A stretch of DNA of 64,000 bases from Roseibacillus sp. GTDB lineage: Bacteria > Verrucomicrobiota > Verrucomicrobiia > Verrucomicrobiales > Akkermansiaceae. The DNA is taken from assembly GCA_965242925.1 (NCBI GenBank), contig CBDEUM010000029.1, forward strand, positions 288,001 to 352,000. Reading direction: 5' to 3'. The notes under the pieces are model-generated. The model was not told where the DNA came from. It searched no databases and worked only from the letters and a program-made list of their open reading frames with translations. Made by a program: the position numbers and the translations under genes. The stretch's first letter is position 1. Every line of letters begins with the position of its first letter. Positions 51,501 through 60,298 of this stretch are shown here, piece after piece.

Positions 51501-52596
51501 GCGGGGTGACGGGCTCCTGCCACTTCCGGATGAGTCCGAGGTGGCCCACCTTGTTGAATCTCCATAGCTGGTCCTGCCAGCTCCGCACCTCGGCGGCCAG
51601 TCCGGCGGCGTCCGCGGGCGAGGCCCGGACCAGTTGTTTCCGGAGATGATCGAGCAGGAAGGAACCGGTCTGCTGAGGGCGGAGCAGGGTCTGAGTAAGA
51701 ATGCCGAGATATTTCGAACTGAGACCCGCTTCATGCGCGATTGGACCTGCTCGTTCCGGATCATCACGCAGCGTGTCCCGGTGCCTAATCAGAGCGGTAA
51801 AGTAGGGCTGCAGGTTGACCCGGCCCTCGCCCACGCCCTCTGGCGACGCGGAGCGCACCTGATCGTTGTATTCGAAGTTGATCCTGTCGCCTCCAGTGGC
51901 CTTGAGGTAGGTGGAACGCAGTTCGTTCAGTAACTCGCTGGCATGATCAGCACGCGAGGTGCCGGTCGAAAAACGGATTCCCTCCGGAAACAGGACCAGA
52001 TGCCTGGCGATTTCCTTGCCTGCCTCCAGATATTTCTCGAAGAGGGCGGGGGACATGACAAGGGATCCACCGGTGTTGGTGAACCCTTCGCCTGCGGCGC
52101 TGTCGACGGGAAACTCGCGGGCCGGATCGAGGGAGGTTATCCCGGTGAGATCGCGCAAGGTGTAGGTATACTCCGCATTGCTGAGACGACGGAGGATCAC
52201 GGGGCCGGGATCGCCGGCCTGGGCCCGGGCTTCCGCGCGGAGATAGGTTTTCGCCCATTTGAGGAAGGTGGCGTGTTCCGCGGGGCTGGGGTAGGAGGTG
52301 TTATTCTTTTTCGACTTCTTTTCGGGAGGCATTTCGCCGGTCTCAAGCTGATAGGCGATCTTCTGCCAGGTCTTCGAATCACGGCGCACGGCGTCGAGAT
52401 TGACGAAACTTTCGAGGTCAAGTTCACCCTCGTTGGAGGCCTCGTCGTGGCAGTCGAGGCAATAACGACTCAGGAGTGGAAGGATAGTGGTGTCGTATTC
52501 CTTTTCGAGGGTGGCGAAGTCCGGTGCCGGAGCCGACCAGACGAGACCCAGGCCCGTGGCTGAAATGGCGAGTAGGCCGTGAGTGAAAGACTTCAT
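48511..52596 (-). CDS. DUF1592/DUF1588 family cytochrome c protein
   Basis: CLDCH, LRRLSNAEY, RLSYFL, TSPILRG.W, CAKCH..IDP.GF, YALGR. Confidence 0.9.
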   Translation of the reverse strand: MKSFTHGLLAISATGLGLVWSAPAPDFATLEKEYDTTILPLLSRYCLDCHDEASNEGELDLESFVNLDAVRRDSKTWQKIAYQLETGEMPPEKKSKKNNTSYPSPAEHATFLKWAKTYLRAEARAQAGDPGPVILRRLSNAEYTYTLRDLTGITSLDPAREFPVDSAAGEGFTNTGGSLVMSPALFEKYLEAGKEIARHLVLFPEGIRFSTGTSRADHASELLNELRSTYLKATGGDRINFEYNDQVRSASPEGVGEGRVNLQPYFTALIRHRDTLRDDPERAGPIAHEAGLSSKYLGILTQTLLRPQQTGSFLLDHLRKQLVRASPADAAGLAAEVRSWQDQLWRFNKVGHLGLIRKWQEPVTPLASHHDIRVKLTPGTNSIHLIGRHLGNGGKVQWQQPRIVRPGKDPIFLRDLEAAAAEVELLRGRSLARTADYLAAASELRRSGDAANLSRVAGERSLHPGVLAGWASYLGISGGRLKIGEHLNEKIPAVRDYDFVNGWTLKGVADYSLLGNSSDQAVRIPGHLRPHHIVTHPRPERWIATGWMSPFTGQVKVTPHVQDAHGSCGNGVAWSVNLRRAGLTRILRSANLDQGQTARIEPVSALDVRKGDLLSIIIGARDNNHSCDLTEIDLTIEELGGTQRKWSLSGDCADDMLAGNPHPDHHGHPAVWHFYGGMNDSRPKESGVLPDSILERWLREKDPARSNEIALRVQELLHDSPADQASESDRATHQHLTSLQGPLFSALDFAELARRQQQNGRQDDRFDKDGNLIVPAGSPLEFKLPPTLVTGAEFVARGTINPSGGEKAVVQLQGGPGPAPRQDTATLDPSLPLVVQSGPGSMENMKRALDEYRNLFPAAMCYARIVPADEVVTLLLYHREDEHLERLMLDEHEMKKIDALWKQLRFVKREPHRLVTAYEQIWQFATQDADPSKFEPMETAIRKRAAGLDRQLLSAEKRHLEALTTFASTLYRRPLTSEELQAVPALYARLRAEKFSHEKACRLTLARLFSSAPFLYKTETPALEPTQGPINNWEMATRLSYFLSSSTPDIHLLTVARNEAFTDEVLIRETRRMLDDDGTRRLAIHFGCQWLNIRDFDQHQEKNEKLYPEFAKLRGKMYEEAVRFFTDFFQNNRSILSLLNSDHTFADAELARFYRLPPPTGGWQRVSGLRRLNRGGILGFASTLAKHSGASRTSPILRGTWISETLLGEKLPKPPKDVPTLPDQVPTGLTARELIQKHSSEPACAKCHDRIDPYGFALEAFDTIGRSREGRDTSATLPDGAAIRGLDGLRTYLLEERGDTFVRYFCRKLLGYALGREVQLSDEPLLDELMVRLKGDDYRVRTLVETIVLSRQFREIRSAPE

Positions 52597-52705
52597 GGAG
52601 CCGGGTTTTGTCCGGGTGATCCCAAGCTAGGCCAGTTGAGACCAGGGAATCAATCCCGTCAAGGTCGCGCTTGGCGCGGATCAACGGACATATTATGAGT
52701 CGCCT

Positions 52706-54736
52706 GTGCGGATGCTTGGCGCGGTGCAGGATCGACAAGGTGAGGGACAGCGGTTCGTTGTTCCGTTCCTTCTCTTTCGGGTGTGTTGGGGGATGGTCCT
52801 GCTTTTTTCGACCCTGACTGCGGCCGGGGAGGCGGGCAGGCGGGGGTTGATCCTGCGCCTGGACTCTTCGACAGGCCAGAGCGATGCCCGGGTGGTTCGT
52901 TCGGTAGCGCTCCATGTTCCCGTCGGTCAGAGCGTTTCACCCTTTCTCCAGGCCGGAACGTTTGCCGCCAGATGGGAAGGCAAGCTGGTCCTGGAGAAAC
53001 GGAGCCGGCTGATCTTCCATCTGGATGGAACCGGCCGGGCCAGATTGCTCATTGATGGTGAGGTCATGGTTGGCGCAATCGGGACGATGAGCGAATCCGA
53101 GCGGCTGCGGAGTGGGGAACATGAGTTCGTGGTGGAGTATACGCCGCCGCCGGAGGGTGTTGCCGCCTTGCGGCTTTTTTGGGAGGGGCGCGACTTCGCC
53201 CGGGAACCGGTGCCGGCCACTATCTTCACCCACGATCCGGAAGATGCCGCCCTGGAGAAGCAGAGGTCCTTCCGACGGGGTCGCAGTCTGGTGGCCGAAA
53301 AGCGCTGCGGATCCTGTCATGATCCCGGTGCCGGGGTGGTGATGCCGGAATTGCTCCTCAAGGCGCCTTCGCTGGACGGGATCGGAAATCGCCTGCGGCA
53401 GGACTGGCTCACCAGGTGGATCAGTAACCCGAAAGCGTCCCGGTCTTCGGCGCACATGCCGGCGGTCTTCCGGGGCGAGGATGCGGAAAAGCAAGCCGCG
53501 GATGTCGCAGCCTACCTCGTTACCGATTCCTCCGGGCTTCGCAGGATGGTTGCGGCAACTCCGGCGCAGGTCAGGGAGGGCGGACATATCTTTCATCAGC
53601 AGGGATGCATCGCCTGTCATACCCTGGACCGGAAGGGAGACGGAGAGCGCCTCGGACTGGGAGGAGTAGGCACGAAGTTCCACGAGGGAGCACTGGGAGA
53701 GTTCCTGCGTTCCCCGACCAGGTTCCACGAGGGTAGCCGCATGCCGACCTTCCAGTTCAGTGAGGAGGAAGCGTCTATGCTGGCGGGGTTCCTGCGTTCC
53801 CTGGGGAAGGATCCAGGGGCAAGATCCCGGAAAGGAGACGCAGCAAAGGGGCAGGCTCTGGCCCGGTCTGCCGGATGCTTCAACTGTCATCAGCGCAAGG
53901 ATGAGGCAAAGGGGAAGGGAAGCAGGATCGGTCTCTTTGCCCTCAATTCGGTGGAGTGCTCCGGGATGCACTACGATTTGACCGGGGAAGAAAAAGCGGC
54001 TCTCTCCGGTTTCCTCTCGCAGAAATCCAACAACGAGTCTCTCGCCCGGTGGGTTCCCGCTGAATTTGCGGAGCGGCAGTATCACAGCTTACGTTGCCAT
54101 TCCTGTCACGAGCGGGATGGGGAGGAGCCCCTGCGGAAGAAATTTGCAGAGGAGGTCTCTCATCTCAAACCGATCGAGCCCCCGGCAAATGAGGAAAAGC
54201 CCGCCATCCTGGCGGGGCCGCCGCCGCTCAATCACCTCGGAATGAAGTTGCGTCCGGAATGGCGGGAGAGATTGTTTGCAGGGCAGATCCGTCCCAAGGT
54301 GCGCAAGTGGCTTCCGGCCCGCATGCCTGCCTTTCCTGCCCGGGCGCATCATTTGTCCATTGGTTTCAGTCACGCGGCGGGGTTTTCCGCAGAAGAGAGC
54401 AAGCGGGGTGCCCTTGATCCCGCCAAGGTCAGGATTGGAGCGGCGATGACGGGCGTAGAGGGCGGGTTGAGCTGCGGAACCTGTCACGGCATTGCCGATA
54501 AACCAGCCATTGCAGTCTTTGAGGGGGAAGGACCGAACCTGCGGGAGGCCGGGGCCCGGCTCACCCGCGATTACTTTCACCTCTGGATGAATGATCCCCC
54601 CCGGGCCTGGCCCGGCACGATCATGCCCAAGTATGCGCTCGACGGCCAAACTCCTCTCACCCAGCACTACGAAGGTGACGCCAGAAAGCAATTCGAGGCG
54701 GTTTATGAATACCTGCGGTCCCTTTCCACAAAATAA
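52706..54736 (+). CDS. Pentaheme c-type cytochrome with N-terminal PA14-like domain
   Basis: CGSCH, CIACH, CFNCH, CHSCH, CGTCH; FAARWEG...LRLFWEG; start uncertain. Confidence 0.8.
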   Translation: MRMLGAVQDRQGEGQRFVVPFLLFRVCWGMVLLFSTLTAAGEAGRRGLILRLDSSTGQSDARVVRSVALHVPVGQSVSPFLQAGTFAARWEGKLVLEKRSRLIFHLDGTGRARLLIDGEVMVGAIGTMSESERLRSGEHEFVVEYTPPPEGVAALRLFWEGRDFAREPVPATIFTHDPEDAALEKQRSFRRGRSLVAEKRCGSCHDPGAGVVMPELLLKAPSLDGIGNRLRQDWLTRWISNPKASRSSAHMPAVFRGEDAEKQAADVAAYLVTDSSGLRRMVAATPAQVREGGHIFHQQGCIACHTLDRKGDGERLGLGGVGTKFHEGALGEFLRSPTRFHEGSRMPTFQFSEEEASMLAGFLRSLGKDPGARSRKGDAAKGQALARSAGCFNCHQRKDEAKGKGSRIGLFALNSVECSGMHYDLTGEEKAALSGFLSQKSNNESLARWVPAEFAERQYHSLRCHSCHERDGEEPLRKKFAEEVSHLKPIEPPANEEKPAILAGPPPLNHLGMKLRPEWRERLFAGQIRPKVRKWLPARMPAFPARAHHLSIGFSHAAGFSAEESKRGALDPAKVRIGAAMTGVEGGLSCGTCHGIADKPAIAVFEGEGPNLREAGARLTRDYFHLWMNDPPRAWPGTIMPKYALDGQTPLTQHYEGDARKQFEAVYEYLRSLSTK

Positions 54737-54740
54737 TATC

Positions 54741-57504
54741 ATGAAGAGAATCCTTCCCACCCTCATCCTTGGTCTCCTGTCCCTTCCGGTGGCGGCGGCC
54801 CCGGGTCTCATCGGGGAATACTTCAAGTTGGAAGACAAACTCGGGGATGAATTCGAAGTGCCGGTGGGCCTGAAGCCGTGGCTCGTGCGGATCGACAAGA
54901 CGGTTGATTTTGCACAGAGCAAGGATGAGTTCCACGGGGCAAAGCTGGCCGAGAATTTCATGGTGCGCTGGAGCGGTGCAATCACGGTCCCCAAGGCAGG
55001 GAGCTACCTCTTTGCCCTCAACTCAAAGGACGGTTCCCGGTTCCATGTCGGTGACAAGCTTGTGGTCGACAACTGGGGGCCGCATCCCATGAAGCAGCAG
55101 AGCGGCACAGTGCAGTTGCGGGCCGGGGCCCATCCCATCAGGCTCGTGTATCACAATACGGACGTGGGAGGAGGGTGCCTGTTGAAATGGATGTCCCCGG
55201 CCGGGAAGCTCCAGACCGTGCCCGCCACGGCGCTCTTCCACGACGCAGGGAAGCTGAGCGATATCAAGTGGGATCAGCAGGCCTTCGCGGTGGCGGTCGG
55301 GCCGAATATCCCCCCGGCCAAGCCGGTGTCGGGATCGCTGCCGCAGAAGTTCGGCAACTTCGTGGGGACCGCGTTGCGGGTGGGCAAGGATCCCAGGGGG
55401 GACAACGTGGCCTTTCGCGCGCAGATCATCCGGCTCGATGCGCAGGGAGCGGCCTGCGTGGCCTTCGATGCGGATACCATGCGCATGGTGGCTGGTTGGA
55501 CGCAGGGTGGACTGAAGCTTGAGGGTCTCCCCTTCACGGGAGGGCACGGGGCCTTCCCCTCCCACAACGGGGCCAAGGTGTTCACCAACCAGGCCGCCCC
55601 GGGGTGGGCCAGCGCGCAGGGGAACCTGGCCGAACCACGTGTGCCGGAGGATGGGAAGTATCCGCCCCTCGGTCCCCTCCCCAAGTCCCAGGCCCACTAC
55701 AAGGGCCTTTATGTCCACGGGGACAAGACCGTCCTGCGTTACACGGTGGGGGCGGACACGGTTCTGGAACTCCCGGCCCTGGAGAACGGGCTCATTACCC
55801 GGACGATTCAGGGAAAGTTTACTCGTCCCGCGGTGGTGGTGCTCGCTGATGAAAAAGGAGCACCCGGGATCCAGGTCGTAGGGTCTAAGGCGAAACCCGG
55901 CACGTCAGACGGTCGCATTGTCCTGAAAGTTCCCGCCGGCATGGCACACTTCAAGGTGATTTATGGAAGCGGGACCGTTCCGGAAACGTTGGAGGACCTG
56001 ACTCTTTACATGAAGGGTGGACCCGCCCGCTGGACCGAGACGGTGACCACTGCCGGACAACTGGCCAAGGACGATGGCAAGGCTTCCTACGTTCTCGATC
56101 GATTGACCGTGCCCTACCAGAACCCTTACGGGATGAAGATGCGCATCGGGGGTTTCGACTTTTTCAGCGATCCCTCCAGGGCGGCAGTGTGCACCTGGGA
56201 TGGCGATGTCTGGATCGTCAGCGGTATTGATGAGAAACTGGAAGAGCTCACCTGGAAACGAGTGGGAGCTGGTGGGCACGAAACCCTGGGGCTTACTGTC
56301 GTGGACGATGTGATCTACACGGTGGCGGACGACCAGATCACGCGCTACCATGACTTCAACGGCGATGGAGAGACGGACTACTACGAGAACTTCAACAATG
56401 ACTGGGAGCTCACCAGCGGATTCCATGCCTTCTGCTTCGACCTGCAGACCGGGCCGCAGGGAGAGTTCTATTTCGCCTTTGGCAGTCCGGTCCGTGGTGG
56501 CGGACGCAGCTTCCAGAGGATGAGCCGCCATCATGGTTCGATCCTGAGGGTCTCGAAGGATGGCTCCAAGCTGGACCGCTATGCCACCGGGTTGCGGGCC
56601 CCGAACGGAATCGGAGTGAGCCCCACCGGCCAGATCACCAGCGGTGATAATGAGGGAACCTTCGTCCCGCGCTGTCCCCTCCACTGGATCGAGCCGGGGG
56701 AGTTCCTCGGGGTGGTCGATTCCGCCGCAGGATTCGCCAAGATGAAGACCACCCCCACGGTGGGACAGCGCCGGGGGAACCGGAAGCAGCATCTTGATCC
56801 CAGTGAGGCGCCCCTGCCCCTGGCCTGGCTTCCCAAGAACGTGGACAATTCGAATGGCGGACAGGTCTGGATCACGAGTGACAAGTGGGGGCCCTACGAG
56901 GGTGAGATGCTCCACTTCAGCTACGGGCAGAGCTCCATCTACATCGTCCTCAAGGAAAAGAAGGGTGACCTGATGCAGGGTGGGGTGGTCAAGATCCCGG
57001 TACGCCCGACCTCCAGTGCGATGCGTGGCAAGTTCAACCGGAAGGACGGCCAGCTCTACGTGGCAGGCCTCAAGGGATGGCAGAGCAATGCCGGACGCGA
57101 GGGTGGTCTCGACCGGGTGCGCTACACCGGGCAGGATGGTGAATATGCCGAGCAGCCTCAAGGTGCGCGACGGCGGGATCGAAATCGGCTTCACCCGGAA
57201 GCTGGACAAGGAACTGGCGGAAGACCCGGAGAGCTTCAACCTCTCGGGATCAGACCTGCGCTGGACCCATGACTACGGCACGGGCGAGTTCCAGGTCGGC
57301 CACCGCGGTTCAGCGGGTCCCCCGAAGGGGCGCACCAAGTTCCCGGTCAAGTCCGCCAAACTTCTCCCGGATGGAAAGTCGGTCTTTGTGGAGGTCGAGA
57401 ACCTGCAACCGGTTCACATGATGCAGATCGATCTCGACCTGGAGACTGACGACGGTGAGGAGATCGTGACCAAGATCTGGAACACGATCCACGTGACGCA
57501 ATAA
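54741..57504 (+). pseudogene. PA14 + DUF6797-like beta-propeller protein interrupted by one frameshift at ~57130
   Basis: NFMVRWSG (PA14), FDADTMR, GLRAPNG, DNEG; frame switches at ACC-GGG-C (57126-57132) into the 56980..57504 ORF; may be a sequence error. Confidence 0.75.
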
Positions 57505-57526
57505 GATCTCGAAGGGAGAGGATGAG

Positions 57527-58009
57527 TCAGGGGGCGATCTTCTCGAGGGCCTCGTAACCAGCAACGTCGGGGCTGTTCAGGTCCTCGAAAAGGTATTGGC
57601 CGTTCTCCAAGGTCAGGACGACGACAAAGACCTCGTTTCCGACAACCCTGATTTTAGCAGCCACCTGGTTCTCTCGCCTTCCCTTTCTCGCCTCCACGAC
57701 TTCGGTCACGTCACCGATTGTCTCCTTGGCTTCCTTGAGCAGTTCAGGGAGCCGCTCATCACTCACCTCTTTTTGATTGGTGGCGTTGAGCAGTGGCCGA
57801 ATCGCAGCGGCATCGCCGGCATGGATGGCCGCGAGCACTTTGTTCGCAGCGGTGATGGCAGGATGCTCCTCTTGAGCCGGAGCGGTCTCTGCAGCGGTAG
57901 AATCCGTTGCTTCCGGGGTTGGTTGAGTGGCTGGTTCCTCTTTCTTCTGGCAGCCGATATTGAGGCTGATGATGGTTCCGAGAAGGAGGGGGAGGCTCAG
58001 GTGGCGCAT
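57527..58009 (-). CDS. Hypothetical lipoprotein
   Basis: Lipobox-like LNIGC followed by P/A/T/E-rich linker. Confidence 0.7.
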   Translation of the reverse strand: MRHLSLPLLLGTIISLNIGCQKKEEPATQPTPEATDSTAAETAPAQEEHPAITAANKVLAAIHAGDAAAIRPLLNATNQKEVSDERLPELLKEAKETIGDVTEVVEARKGRRENQVAAKIRVVGNEVFVVVLTLENGQYLFEDLNSPDVAGYEALEKIAP

Positions 58010-58058
58010 GGCTGGAATGGGATGAGGTGCGGGCTGGCAAATGATTGTCGGGGCAATC

Positions 58059-58760
58059 CTACTTCTTGAGCGGTGTAATATTGATGTTGCGGTAGGCGAC
58101 CGGGCCGTGATCGCCCTGGAACATGATGGGACCGGTGGCGGCTTCCCGGCCGATCACGCCAGAGGGGGTGGGGCCCTTCATCTCGACGTTCTCGTGGAGG
58201 ACCTTGCCATTGAGTTTCACGACCAGGAACCTTGCATTGGAGGTCTTCTTGCCGGTGGCATCAAACTTGGGAGCGAGAAAATCGATCTCGTACTTCTGCC
58301 ACTCACCGGGCTTCTTGCAGGCGTTGGTGCGCGGGGGCTGGGCCCCGTAGATCGCTCCCATGTCACCGCCTCCCAGTTTCTCCTTCCCGTAGCTGTCGAG
58401 GACCTGAACCTCATACTCACCCATCACGTAGACTCCCGAGTTGGCCCCCTTGGCCACCAGCACTTCCAGTTCGATCCGGCAGCTCCCCCATTTTTGATCC
58501 GAGTAGATGTCGATACTCTGGCCGTGGCCGGTGACCACGTTGACCATCGCTCCACCCGCGCCATCGGCCACGAGGGCCTTGGGATTGCCGGCAGCGAGCT
58601 TCGGGGTGCCCGTCACCCACTTCGGTTGGAGGGTTCCCTTTTTCTTGAAGGACCATCCCTGGAGGTTTTTCCCATTGAAAGGCTCGTCAGCAAGGCCCCC
58701 CCCGGGGAGGAGGATCATGGTGAAGGAGAGGCTGCAGAAGGCAGTGGTGAGTGTTTTCAT
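58059..58760 (-). CDS. DUF1080 family protein
   Basis: FNGKNLQGW, NSGVY..YEVQVLDS, GEWQKYEI, FQGDHGPVAYRNI. Confidence 0.9.
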   Translation of the reverse strand: MKTLTTAFCSLSFTMILLPGGGLADEPFNGKNLQGWSFKKKGTLQPKWVTGTPKLAAGNPKALVADGAGGAMVNVVTGHGQSIDIYSDQKWGSCRIELEVLVAKGANSGVYVMGEYEVQVLDSYGKEKLGGGDMGAIYGAQPPRTNACKKPGEWQKYEIDFLAPKFDATGKKTSNARFLVVKLNGKVLHENVEMKGPTPSGVIGREAATGPIMFQGDHGPVAYRNINITPLKK

Positions 58761-58909
58761 GATGATTCTGGTGTTGCTTGTGTCGGAAATTCCCTTGTCC
58801 TGCAATGGGAAAGGCCTTGTTCCCATTCATCCGAAACGGTGACGGATAAATGCACTTTTTTGATGTTTTTTCGTTCTATTCAGGTGTGGTGCCAACGTAA
58901 TGTAGCAGA

Positions 58910-60220
58910 ATGACTAGGAAATCCGTGATCGGTCATCTTTGCTGGGCAGTGTTCGCGGTGTTTGCGTTTGGCGTGGGGGCCATGCTTGATCGAGAGGACG
59001 CGGCAGATGCCCAGAAAGCAAGGGATGCGGTGTCCAAGAGCGGGGTGGGCAGAGGAGAATCGGGGGCCGGCAGCTATGGACAGACGAAGTCGCGTGGCAA
59101 TGCAGGGACTCGCAAGGCATCCGGTTCAGATTCCGGAGGACCGGGGCAGGGACAATGGGCATCGTTATTGACCGAGGAGCAGATTGCGGCTGTTGCCAGG
59201 GAGGCGTTCCGGGATGGGAATCCCCTTGTGCGACGGAGGGCCTTTGACCGGTTACTGGAGAACCTGACTTCCGAGAACGCCAAGGACATGCTTGTGCATC
59301 TCAAGAAGAATCGGGTGGGCGGTGATCAATGGCGGGATTTTCATTACGCCTGGGGAACGATCGATGGCAAGGCCGCGGTTGAGCATGCCTCCAAGTCGGA
59401 AGATCGCGATTTATCCTACACGATGGCGGGGTGGGCCTCGACCTACCCTGAGGCCGCCATCGCTCATCTCAGCAACCTGCCGGAGGAGGACAAGCGTTAC
59501 TACCACCACCTGCAGGAGGCCCTGGTCAGCGGGATGGCTGACAACGATACGGCTCGAGCCACCGACTACGTCCTTCAGTTGGCCAACGAAGGGAATGACC
59601 GGGCCAATCACCTCTTTGGAGTCGTGACGAGGGAGGTTGTCAGCAGTGTCGGGATCGAGGAGGCCGCCCAGTGGTCCCAGAACCTGCCCGACGGGGACCT
59701 GAAGGGGGCGGCTCTCGACTCCGTGGCGCACAGCTTTACGAACCGGGATCCTGAAGCTGCGGCGCAGTGGGTTGAACAGTTTGCCGGCCAGAGCTTTGCC
59801 GACCGGGCCATCGAGGAAGTGGGGGACGAGTGGGCTGAGCGGGATCCGGCGTCGGCGGTCAACTGGCTGGAAACCCTGGGAGAAGGGCGGGGACAGAACA
59901 TGGGCCTGCACTCGGCCTTCGGCGAATGGGCCCAGCGGGATCCGGTGGCGGCCGGGGAGCGCATCACCGCGATGTCCCGTTCCCCCCAGCGAGATGCCGC
60001 CATCAGTGGTTACTCCCGCAGGATCTCCTACAGCGACCCCGGGGCCGCCATCGAGTGGGCCAACAGTATCGCCCAGGAGGGTGCGCGGGTCAGCGCGCTC
60101 ACCCATGCCGGACAGCAACTCTTCCGGCGTGACCGGACTGCGGCAGAGGCCTGGGTGGGCTCCAGCGGTCTTCCGCCTGAAGCGCAGCGCGCGGTTCTCA
60201 ACCCGCCGAGGCGGAGGTAG
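58910..60220 (+). CDS. Membrane-anchored helical-repeat hypothetical protein
   Basis: N-terminal TM; ~32-aa repeats W..RDP.AA..W...L. Confidence 0.75.
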   Translation: MTRKSVIGHLCWAVFAVFAFGVGAMLDREDAADAQKARDAVSKSGVGRGESGAGSYGQTKSRGNAGTRKASGSDSGGPGQGQWASLLTEEQIAAVAREAFRDGNPLVRRRAFDRLLENLTSENAKDMLVHLKKNRVGGDQWRDFHYAWGTIDGKAAVEHASKSEDRDLSYTMAGWASTYPEAAIAHLSNLPEEDKRYYHHLQEALVSGMADNDTARATDYVLQLANEGNDRANHLFGVVTREVVSSVGIEEAAQWSQNLPDGDLKGAALDSVAHSFTNRDPEAAAQWVEQFAGQSFADRAIEEVGDEWAERDPASAVNWLETLGEGRGQNMGLHSAFGEWAQRDPVAAGERITAMSRSPQRDAAISGYSRRISYSDPGAAIEWANSIAQEGARVSALTHAGQQLFRRDRTAAEAWVGSSGLPPEAQRAVLNPPRRR

Positions 60221-60298
60221 GCGCGTTGAGCGCCCCGTGTCTCTTTTTCACTTGCGCCATGGGGGCGAGTGGAGAGGATTTTGATTCAGGGTGAAGAA

